Source: a virus (Duplodnaviria; Caudoviricetes). Taken from it: 33,908 nt of DNA. The translations under genes and the position numbers were made by a program. Shown here piece by piece: positions 1 through 6,714 of this stretch. Below the pieces are notes generated by a model, which had not been told where the DNA came from, ran no database searches, and saw only the letters and a program-made list of their open reading frames with translations. Numbering within the stretch: the first letter of the stretch is position 1; each line of letters begins with the position of its first letter. The stretch is taken from IMG/VR virus record IMGVR_UViG_3300035670_000784, positions 1-33,908 of that record. One strand, 5' to 3'.

Positions 1-99
1 TATTATGTCAGCCTCAATGCATGGGATATCCGCATCGCAACGACAGCAGCACCATCAAAACCAATCACAGATGAAATCGATGACGATTTACCTTTCTGA
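1..99 (+). CDS. C-terminal fragment of an SSB-like protein (DUF3127-like)
   Basis: Frame 1 reads YYVSLNAWDIRIATTAAPSKPITDEIDDDLPF*; the acidic DDDLPF tail is typical of SSBs. Not in the ORF track. Confidence 0.7.
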   Translation, partial: YYVSLNAWDIRIATTAAPSKPITDEIDDDLPF

Positions 100-280
100 T
101 GGCGAGAACATTCGGGACTTCATCCATAAAGAGTTGAGGTCCCGACTCTCAAGTCGATACAAGATGACTCACTTGGCTGAAGATATGAATCTCAACTACT
201 ACACTGTCAATCGATTTATGCGAGGCAATGGGGTGGGAGATGAGTTCTACATTCAAGCATTCAACTTCCTAATGAAATGA
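71..280 (+). CDS. Putative HTH DNA-binding protein
   Basis: MTHLAEDMNLNYYTVNRFMRG is XRE-like. The start is probably ATG 71 or 80, because the track's N-terminus overlaps the SSB-like gene. Confidence 0.5.
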   Translation: MKSMTIYLSDGENIRDFIHKELRSRLSSRYKMTHLAEDMNLNYYTVNRFMRGNGVGDEFYIQAFNFLMK

Positions 281-465
281 AGTACTTCATCGCATACATA
301 GGCACCAAAAATGACAACCTCGATAGCTTGGTTGCAAGGGTGCACGACTTATTCAACATGATGCCAGGTGTCAACACTTGCATCGTGCTTACCTTCTCTG
401 ATGAAGTACACATCTCGGAAGTAACACCAGAAGAATTCTATGAACAATGGTCAAGCCTTAATTGA
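277..465 (+). CDS. Hypothetical protein
   Basis: ATGA overlap with the upstream gene, 62 aa. Confidence 0.55.
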   Translation: MKYFIAYIGTKNDNLDSLVARVHDLFNMMPGVNTCIVLTFSDEVHISEVTPEEFYEQWSSLN

Positions 466-466
466 T

Positions 467-724
467 ATGAACCTAAAACTATTAGTAGAAGACCCAATCG
501 TACTCAAAGTGATGACCAAGTTTTATGACCGCTCACAACGAGGAATAGAGAAGTACGGCACTATGCTCACAAGAACTGATTTAGACTTCATTGACTGGGT
601 TACGCACTTACAGGAGGAGATGTTAGATGCAGCGTTGTACTGCGAGCGACTAAAAGACGAATACAAAGCGAAGCAAAAAGCCGCGTTAATTCAGTTGAGC
701 AATATGGACAAGGATAAGGGGTAA
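467..724 (+). CDS. Conserved small phage protein (RG..KYG...W..H..EE..D..LY), copy 1
   Basis: Homologous to 32892..33110; that alignment places the start at ATG 467. Confidence 0.7.
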   Translation: MNLKLLVEDPIVLKVMTKFYDRSQRGIEKYGTMLTRTDLDFIDWVTHLQEEMLDAALYCERLKDEYKAKQKAALIQLSNMDKDKG

Positions 725-756
725 AAATTGCCACATATCTAAACACGAAATGTAAA
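708..756 (+). repeat. 49-nt array leader, copy 1 (identical to 33101-33149)
   Basis: ACAAGGATAAGGGGTAAAAATTGCCACATATCTAAACACGAAATGTAAA at both sites. Confidence 0.9.
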
Positions 757-776
757 ACCATTAAACAACAAGAACA

Positions 777-1007
777 ATGAAAACAGCAGTAGAATGGTTA
801 GCTAATGAGTTAACATACAAAACAAATGATGGCAGATATATAGTAGATAATACTGATGATGTTACTGATATAGTAAATCAAGCTATTTTGATTTATGAAG
901 AGCAAATTAAAGATGCTTATAAAGCAGGTTATAATAATGGAAATATAGATACTTGCCTAACATCAGAACAATACTACAATGAAACCTTTAAACAACAAGA
1001 ACAATGA
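777..1007 (+). CDS. Cassette gene, MKTAVEW family
   Basis: Starts and ends in junction repeats; paralog of 33577..33810. Confidence 0.75.
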   Translation: MKTAVEWLANELTYKTNDGRYIVDNTDDVTDIVNQAILIYEEQIKDAYKAGYNNGNIDTCLTSEQYYNETFKQQEQ

Positions 1008-1105
1008 AACAAAAACACACTTGGATTGATTCGTGTTTAGGTAATTATGATTGGTATAGACAAATAAGAGGTGGAGTTTGGTATCAGCACGTTTATACTG
1101 ATGAT
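979..1105 (+). repeat. 127-nt exact match to the window end (33782-33908)
   Basis: Base-by-base identity at offset 32803; the first mismatch is at 978/33781. Confidence 0.9.
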
Positions 1106-1222
1106 GCTATTGAATTAAAATTAAATACCCACCCATTTTTTTGGGCAAGATATTTTCAAGATGATAAAAATCTTACAATTGTATTATTTACAGAAACATA
1201 TACTAAACAACAAGAACAATGA
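1004..1222 (+). CDS. Cassette gene, hypothetical (MKQKHTW)
   Basis: Bounded by junction repeats. Confidence 0.7.
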   Translation: MKQKHTWIDSCLGNYDWYRQIRGGVWYQHVYTDDAIELKLNTHPFFWARYFQDDKNLTIVLFTETYTKQQEQ

Positions 1223-1425
1223 AAACAAAATTTTTACAAAGTGTAGATAGATACACAAATGAACAACAAGGAAAAACAGGTTACAAGGCTATTTATAGCA
1301 ATGGAATTGATTTTCAAACATTATTCTTCCCAATTAGAAATGGAGTAGATGTTATTAACATTCCATCAATTATTAACTCAGTTAAAACAATAGATGATTT
1401 AGAAGCTATTGGAGCAGAACTTTAA
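1219..1425 (+). CDS. Cassette gene, hypothetical (MKTKFLQ), copy 1
   Basis: 64/68 aa identical to 33166..33372. Confidence 0.75.
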   Translation: MKTKFLQSVDRYTNEQQGKTGYKAIYSNGIDFQTLFFPIRNGVDVINIPSIINSVKTIDDLEAIGAEL

Positions 1426-1436
1426 AATAAAATAAA

Positions 1437-1664
1437 ATGAAAGAAGAAATAGTAAGAGAATCAGAAGTTGACTCATATGTAGTTGACTTTGGAAAGAATG
1501 GCCAAGGAATCACTAATGAGTTAGTCCTTATTGGCAAAAGGATACAAGATTTGAGTGAATATTATAATGTCTATATGAGCAGCGATAGCTTTATTGATGC
1601 AGCAGATGATGTTTACACTTTGAAATTTATCTTATCTCCTAAAGATGAAAAGCAAGACAATTAA
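1437..1664 (+). CDS. Hypothetical protein
   Basis: A-rich start context, 75 aa. Confidence 0.6.
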   Translation: MKEEIVRESEVDSYVVDFGKNGQGITNELVLIGKRIQDLSEYYNVYMSSDSFIDAADDVYTLKFILSPKDEKQDN

Positions 1665-1986
1665 TGTTCCTATTTATGAATGTGGCCTCACAATTATTCT
1701 TACTGATGACCTTAATGAAGTTGTAAAAAAATACAAGCTGGAAGGCGATTGGGATAATTTTGGGGCTTTAACATTCAGGGATAAGTCAAAGCATAGACAC
1801 TATGTAGTAGCTTTTACTGATGCCAGTCATTTAAGCAATATAGCACACGAGATTGTACATATTAAGAACTATATATTCTTAGGTATAAATGCTAAAATTG
1901 ACCTATATAATGACGAGCCTGAAGCGTACTTAACAGGATGGTTATTTGACCAAATAAATAATTTTTTAAAACAACAAGAACAATGA
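1645..1986 (+). CDS. Zincin-like protein (HExxH ... E)
   Basis: IAHEIVH followed by DEPEAYL; ends in KQQEQ. Confidence 0.6.
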   Translation: MKSKTINVPIYECGLTIILTDDLNEVVKKYKLEGDWDNFGALTFRDKSKHRHYVVAFTDASHLSNIAHEIVHIKNYIFLGINAKIDLYNDEPEAYLTGWLFDQINNFLKQQEQ

Positions 1987-2297
1987 AAACAGCAGTAGAT
2001 TTTTTAGAGAGTGTTGAGGTTGATAAGTTTGCTAAAGATTGTATTAAACATAGATACAATAGTTATGGTGAAAACATAACTTCAGAAACTCAAAAATTAG
2101 ATACAATTTATGGATTTAAACAAGGATTCCAAAAGGCAATTGAACTACTTAAACAAAAAACAATGAAAGAGAAAGACTTAGATTACTTCAAGCAAAATGC
2201 TGAAGAAGATTATATGACAACACCAATTAGTGTGTTAAGGTATATCACAGAATTAGAGCAAAAAATAGAAGAACTAACTAAACAACAAGAACAATGA
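1983..2297 (+). CDS. Cassette gene; apparent fusion of an MKTAV cassette with a second cassette starting at ATG 2163
   Basis: Degenerate junction repeat at 2151-2168, in frame. Confidence 0.65.
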   Translation: MKTAVDFLESVEVDKFAKDCIKHRYNSYGENITSETQKLDTIYGFKQGFQKAIELLKQKTMKEKDLDYFKQNAEEDYMTTPISVLRYITELEQKIEELTKQQEQ

Positions 2298-2521
2298 AAG
2301 CAACGCTACACTTTGACCACGACGAGAGGGATGAGCTGCAAGACGCGATAAATGCGTGGAAATGGAAGCAAATTTGTCACGAGCTTGACCAAGAAATGCG
2401 CTCGGTATTGAAACACGGATACATTAAAAACCGAGAGGCTACAGATGACGAAATGGAAGTAACCGACTATTGGAGAGATAAACTCCGCGAATTAATAAAC
2501 GAAGATAACCTAAACCTATGA
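2294..2521 (+). CDS. Hypothetical protein
   Basis: Starts in the last junction repeat. Confidence 0.65.
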   Translation: MKATLHFDHDERDELQDAINAWKWKQICHELDQEMRSVLKHGYIKNREATDDEMEVTDYWRDKLRELINEDNLNL

Positions 2522-2616
2522 GCCCCGACAAAGAATACCTCGCAGCAATCTGCACAATGCTACTTGTAACGGCAGTAGCAATTATTTTAGTAATCCATCT
2601 AATATTAAATATATAA
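2518..2616 (+). CDS. Small membrane peptide (32 aa)
   Basis: MSPDKEYLAAICTMLLVTAVAIILVIHLILNI*; overlaps both neighbours (ATGA, TAATG). Not in the track. Confidence 0.55.
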   Translation: MSPDKEYLAAICTMLLVTAVAIILVIHLILNI

Positions 2617-3086
2617 TGGAAGTTTATAAAAGTATACCAAATTACGAAGGAAAATATATAGTTAGCAACTATGGAAACGTTAAAAGTTTATTGCGAGGAA
2701 GAGAAAAACTATTAAAACCAAGCATTATAAATACTGGATATTTATTAGTTAATTTGCATAGTAATGGCATTGCAAAATCAAAATTAATACATCAATTAGT
2801 AGCTGAAGCATTTTTAAATCATAAGTCAGATGGTCATAAAATAGTTGTAGACCATATTGATGATAATAAATTAAACAATAATGTTGAAAATCTACAATTA
2901 GTAACTCAAAGATATAATGTATGCAAAACGCAAAGCAGATATAAATCTAAATATAAAGGTGTGCATCGCAATGGTTTAAAATGGAGAGCTGCAATACGTA
3001 TCGACAAAAAATTATTTTATTTGGGTACCTTTAACTGCGAACTTAAAGCTCATTTAGCTTATACAAGCAAACTTAAAACAATATAA
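2616..3086 (+). CDS. NUMOD4-HNH homing endonuclease with AP2-like C-terminus
   Basis: YEGKYIVSNYGNVKS (NUMOD4); HQLVAEAF...VDHIDDNKLNNNVENL (HNH); SKYKGV...KWRAAI...YLGTF (AP2-like). Confidence 0.88.
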   Translation: MEVYKSIPNYEGKYIVSNYGNVKSLLRGREKLLKPSIINTGYLLVNLHSNGIAKSKLIHQLVAEAFLNHKSDGHKIVVDHIDDNKLNNNVENLQLVTQRYNVCKTQSRYKSKYKGVHRNGLKWRAAIRIDKKLFYLGTFNCELKAHLAYTSKLKTI

Positions 3087-3110
3087 ATAGTAACGATTAA
3101 ATTAAATATA

Positions 3111-3344
3111 ATGGAAAACAAAACAAACACGGGAGCAATCTTTAAGAACGACAAAAAGACGAATGAAAAACAACCTGACTACAAAGGAAAGGTAAACGTA
3201 AACGGAAAAGAAATGGAAGTGGCTCTTTGGGTAAAGCAAGGTAAAAACGGAAGTTTCTTCTCTGCTTCATTCAGCGAGCCTTACGTTGCTCCAGTTGAAC
3301 GCGCACCAATCGGAGATAGTATTGATGATTCACTGCCTTTTTAA
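3111..3344 (+). CDS. Putative small single-stranded DNA-binding protein
   Basis: GAIFKN...PDYKG...VALW core with an acidic DDSLPF tail. Confidence 0.6.
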   Translation: MENKTNTGAIFKNDKKTNEKQPDYKGKVNVNGKEMEVALWVKQGKNGSFFSASFSEPYVAPVERAPIGDSIDDSLPF

Positions 3345-3345
3345 T

Positions 3346-3555
3346 ATGAACAGAGAACTAGAAATAATTGGGAGTAGCGCGGATATTGTTCGCGCTGCCC
3401 TTATTAAGCACTTAGAACTATCCGGGCGTAGTTTAACGTCTTTCTGCGTAGAAAACAAGCTTTATCAATCGAATATATATTTGTTTGTCCGCGGTAAAAA
3501 CCTATCAACGCCAACCCTGCAGCGATTAGCAAATATTTTGAAAAGATTAGTATAA
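3346..3555 (+). CDS. XRE-like HTH protein
   Basis: SLTSFCVENKLYQSNIYLFVRGK..STPTLQRLA; start reassigned to ATG 3346. Confidence 0.55.
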   Translation: MNRELEIIGSSADIVRAALIKHLELSGRSLTSFCVENKLYQSNIYLFVRGKNLSTPTLQRLANILKRLV

Positions 3556-3568
3556 TAAAAATTATTAT

Positions 3569-3576
3569 TATATTTG
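3569..3576 (+). promoter_or_regulatory. Bacteroidota sigma-A -7 element (TAnnTTTG)
   Basis: TATATTTG in AT-rich intergenic DNA upstream of ATG 3601. Confidence 0.6.
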
Positions 3577-3600
3577 TTCAAACAATTAAAACACGAAACA

Positions 3601-4014
3601 ATGATTGCAATTAGTTATTTAAAATGCGAAATGTGTAACGGCGAAGGCTGCTACATGGAAGAAATTACAGGGAATTACGAGCCTTACTTTCAAGATTGGA
3701 GAGACTGCGCCTGCGACAAATGCCACGCTAAAGGCCGTTTTATTGATCTCGAAGATATGTTTGTAAAGATTGACTATAAGTACGGGGTACATTTTACAGA
3801 GCTGCACCAGATTATTAATGCAACAGATATGTATTTAAACGGTTTTAATCAAAGAAAGGAAGTAATTTTGTATTCAATCAATGCTTTAAAAATGATGGGC
3901 CTAACAGATGAGCTATACAAAAGATACGCAAACCGCTTGGATTCCGTTAACCGAGCAATTGAAAGAGTAAAGAATTACAAAGAAATATTGGAAACGCATG
4001 AAACTACCTACTAA
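3601..4014 (+). CDS. Protein with a DnaJ-type zinc finger
   Basis: CEMCNGEG...CDKCHAKG; start reassigned to ATG 3601. Confidence 0.6.
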   Translation: MIAISYLKCEMCNGEGCYMEEITGNYEPYFQDWRDCACDKCHAKGRFIDLEDMFVKIDYKYGVHFTELHQIINATDMYLNGFNQRKEVILYSINALKMMGLTDELYKRYANRLDSVNRAIERVKNYKEILETHETTY

Positions 4015-4126
4015 ACTAAAGGCTAAGGTTCACATAGACGAAAACTTTGGCTTTGGATTTTTGATCAGCACCGGAGGCGTTGGTTTAATGATTTTAAACG
4101 TTATTTTTGAACTAGATTGGAAATAA
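3998..4126 (+). CDS. Small hypothetical protein (42 aa)
   Basis: MKLPTKLKAKVHIDENFGFGFLISTGGVGLMILNVIFELDWK*, fills the gap between genes. Not in the track. Confidence 0.45.
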   Translation: MKLPTKLKAKVHIDENFGFGFLISTGGVGLMILNVIFELDWK

Positions 4127-4656
4127 CAAAACATAATTGGATTCAGGTAATGGCCGCTCATCATAACGAATGGGTGGCCATTGTGCGTTCTTTCGGTACC
4201 GATTACCCGGACGACATAGTACAGGAGTGCTACATTAAATTAATGAAGATAGGCGATCCGCAAAAGTATTTTGAAAACGGACAAATAAACCGCGCTTTGA
4301 TGTGGGTAACGCTTCGCAATATGTTTTACGATATAACGAAAAAAGAAGCTAGCGATACAATTCCATACGATAGCATACAAAACACCGTTAGAACGCAGGA
4401 AAACACGGAAAAATGGGAAGCATTAGAACGCTTTGAAGATAAGATACGCGAAGAAATGAAAAGCTGGGAGTATTACGATAGGCAAATTTTTATGCTTTAC
4501 CGCGATACAGGTTACTCCTTCCGAAAGTTAAGCAAAGAAGTTGGTATAGGAACGCGCAGTATATTTTATACTATAAAGAAATGCAAGGAAAAGCTCCATG
4601 AGGCGCTAGGCGAAGATTGGCAAGATTATAACAATAATGATTTTGAACTGATATGA
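4117..4656 (+). CDS. ECF-like sigma-70 family RNA polymerase sigma factor
   Basis: Region 2-like DDIVQECYIKL...MWVTLRNMFYD and region 4 HTH YSFRKLSKEVGIGTRSIFYTIKK. Confidence 0.75.
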   Translation: MEITKHNWIQVMAAHHNEWVAIVRSFGTDYPDDIVQECYIKLMKIGDPQKYFENGQINRALMWVTLRNMFYDITKKEASDTIPYDSIQNTVRTQENTEKWEALERFEDKIREEMKSWEYYDRQIFMLYRDTGYSFRKLSKEVGIGTRSIFYTIKKCKEKLHEALGEDWQDYNNNDFELI

Positions 4657-4823
4657 AACACATTTTAGAAGTATTAAACGCTTACATCGAACAGAAAGTA
4701 AATGAATTAGAATGTAAGCAAGAAAGAATTGACGAGCAATGGTTAGAAATACGCAAATTGAACGAAGAAAACCAAGCGCTCAGAAATGATTTAGCGGAAT
4801 TAAGTAAAGAATTTAAAAAGTAA
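4653..4823 (+). CDS. Small coiled-coil protein (56 aa)
   Basis: MKHILEVLNAY...ELSKEFKK*, ATGA overlap. Not in the track. Confidence 0.55.
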   Translation: MKHILEVLNAYIEQKVNELECKQERIDEQWLEIRKLNEENQALRNDLAELSKEFKK

Positions 4824-4828
4824 ACAAA

Positions 4829-5185
4829 ATGGCAAGACCAAGAAAAGCAAAAGGATTAGGCGATACGGTTGAAAATGTACTAGAGGCAACCGGTATTGCT
4901 GCGGTAGTTAAATTTATTGCAGGAGATGACTGCGGATGCGAGGAGCGTAAGCAAAAGTTAAACCAGCGCTTCCCGTATTTTAACTGCCTAACGGAAGACG
5001 AATACAATTACCTAACGGAAAAGGATATCAATAAAAAGTATAGCCTTACGCCAACAGAGCAGAAAGAAATACTAGCAATTTATCAGCGCGTATTCAATAA
5101 AAGAAGATCGCCTACAACTTGCGCGAGCTGCTGGGTAGGAATTATAAACGATATAAGGGAGGTATACAACTCCTACGAAGGATGA
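4829..5185 (+). CDS. Cys-containing phage protein (GLGDTV...CGC...CASC)
   Basis: 118 aa ORF with probable Zn ligands. Confidence 0.65.
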   Translation: MARPRKAKGLGDTVENVLEATGIAAVVKFIAGDDCGCEERKQKLNQRFPYFNCLTEDEYNYLTEKDINKKYSLTPTEQKEILAIYQRVFNKRRSPTTCASCWVGIINDIREVYNSYEG

Positions 5186-6057
5186 AGCTAGTAAAACACG
5201 GCCGAAATGTCCACGAATTACATTTTGATTCTAAGGACGTTAAAATAGCAATGCTAAGCGATATACATTGGGACAACCCTAAATGCGATCAGGAGCTCTT
5301 AAAACAGCATCTAGACTACTGCTTAAAGCACGACATTAAAGTATTTTTAAACGGAGATACATTTTGTTTAATGCAGGGACGCGGAGATAATCGCCGCAAT
5401 AAGTCGGACATTAGACCAGAGCATAACAATGCGCGCTATTTAGATTCAGTTGTAGAAACTGCCGTTGAATGGTTTGCGCCTTACGCTAGCATCTTGACGG
5501 TAATCGGATACGGAAACCACGAGACAGGAATAATTAAATGGCAGGAAACAGATGTACTTCGCCGGTTTGTTGATCTTCTCAATTATAAATGCAAGTCGAA
5601 TATAATGACTGGCGGCTACGGCGGTTGGTTAATTATTAGAAACTCATCCGGAAACACGAACCTAACAACCAAAGTAAAATACTACCACGGATCAGGAGGC
5701 GGAGGAGTAGTTACAAAAGGCGCTTTGAACTTAACGCGAGCTATTGAAATGTATGAGGATTTTGACGTATTTACGATGGGCCATATACACGAAAACGCAG
5801 CGCGTAATGACGTTAGGGAAATGGTTAAGCATAGTACCAAAAGCGGATATTCAAGCGCTCAAAGACCTTTGCACATGATGCTGACCGGAACGTACAAAGA
5901 AGAATACGGAGACGGAGATCACGGATGGCACGTTGAACGTGGAGCGCCTGCAAAACCTTTAGGCGGAAGGATTCTAACCATTAAGATGATACGCCGACAA
6001 AAAGACGGAGTAACAAGTTATCATAACAAAGTAGATTCACATCAATTCAATATCTAA
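5182..6057 (+). CDS. Calcineurin-like metallophosphoesterase
   Basis: SDIHWD, NGDTF, GNHE, YHG and GHIH motifs; start reassigned to ATG 5182. Confidence 0.85.
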   Translation: MKLVKHGRNVHELHFDSKDVKIAMLSDIHWDNPKCDQELLKQHLDYCLKHDIKVFLNGDTFCLMQGRGDNRRNKSDIRPEHNNARYLDSVVETAVEWFAPYASILTVIGYGNHETGIIKWQETDVLRRFVDLLNYKCKSNIMTGGYGGWLIIRNSSGNTNLTTKVKYYHGSGGGGVVTKGALNLTRAIEMYEDFDVFTMGHIHENAARNDVREMVKHSTKSGYSSAQRPLHMMLTGTYKEEYGDGDHGWHVERGAPAKPLGGRILTIKMIRRQKDGVTSYHNKVDSHQFNI

Positions 6058-6233
6058 TGCCAATACCAAAGTTATTACCAAAAGAACAGGAAGGAGAATT
6101 TGTGCAGCGTTGCATAATGGATCCTGTAATGGTACGCGAATACCCAAACATAGATCAAAGGATAGCAGTTTGTAGAAACCAAATAACAGAAAATGCAAGT
6201 CAACAAAGTAAAAATTACAGAAGTAAAAAATAA
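6057..6233 (+). CDS. Small phage protein (58 aa)
   Basis: MPIPKLLPKEQEGEFVQRCIMDPVMVREYPNIDQRIAVC...; TAATG overlap. Not in the track. Confidence 0.6.
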   Translation: MPIPKLLPKEQEGEFVQRCIMDPVMVREYPNIDQRIAVCRNQITENASQQSKNYRSKK

Positions 6234-6714
6234 CCCTAAGAACCCACGACTAATCAAAGACGATAAGTTTAAAAAGTTAGTCAAATCAATACAGGAGTTT
6301 CCGCAGATGCTAGAGCTACGTCCAATAGTTGTAGACGAAAACAATATTGTACTTGGCGGAAATATGCGTTTAAAAGCGTGTAAGGAAGCCGGATTGAAAG
6401 AAGTGTTTATTGTAAAGGCTGATAACCTAACCGAGCTACAGAAAGACGAATTTATTGTAAAAGATAACGTAGGCTTTGGAGAATGGGATTGGGATATGTT
6501 AGCTAACGAATGGGACACAGAAAAGTTAGACGAATGGGGTTTAGACCTTCCTGTTATGTTAGATACTGATGAAGATTTAGAACTGAAGGATTTAAGCAGC
6601 ACTATTGATAATCTTTACCGTATTGAAGTTATTTGTAAGGATGAAGAGCACCAAGAAAACACGTATAATAAATTAATTGAACAAGGATACGAATGCCGAC
6701 TTTTGACATTATAA
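6193..6714 (+). CDS. ParB/Srx N-terminal domain protein
   Basis: NPKNPR...KLVKSI..F...RPIVVD....LGGNMRLKA...KDN. Confidence 0.85.
   Translation: MQVNKVKITEVKNNPKNPRLIKDDKFKKLVKSIQEFPQMLELRPIVVDENNIVLGGNMRLKACKEAGLKEVFIVKADNLTELQKDEFIVKDNVGFGEWDWDMLANEWDTEKLDEWGLDLPVMLDTDEDLELKDLSSTIDNLYRIEVICKDEEHQENTYNKLIEQGYECRLLTL

Larger units (their letters stand above)
763..2299 (+). repeat. Cassette-junction repeat AAACAACAAGAACAATGAAA, exact copies at 763, 990, 1205, 1969, 2280
   Basis: Each 20-nt copy contains the ATG of the next gene and usually the KQQEQ-TGA end of the previous gene. Confidence 0.95.

Noticed and set aside
5-70. Gln/His-rich N-terminus of ORF 5..280
   Set aside because: It is an alternative-frame reading of the SSB-like gene end at 1-99.
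1261-1278. Repeat-like GAACAACAAGGAAAAACA inside the MKTKF cassette
   Set aside because: It is a partial match with no ATG and is explained by EQQGKT codons in A-rich DNA.
440-1425. Long direct terminal repeat with 32892-33908
   Set aside because: The copies are diverged and in different order; only 127 nt (and the 49-nt leader) are exact.
763-2299. CRISPR array interpretation of the 20-nt repeats
   Set aside because: The spacers are about 170-750 nt, variable and protein-coding, and there are no cas genes.
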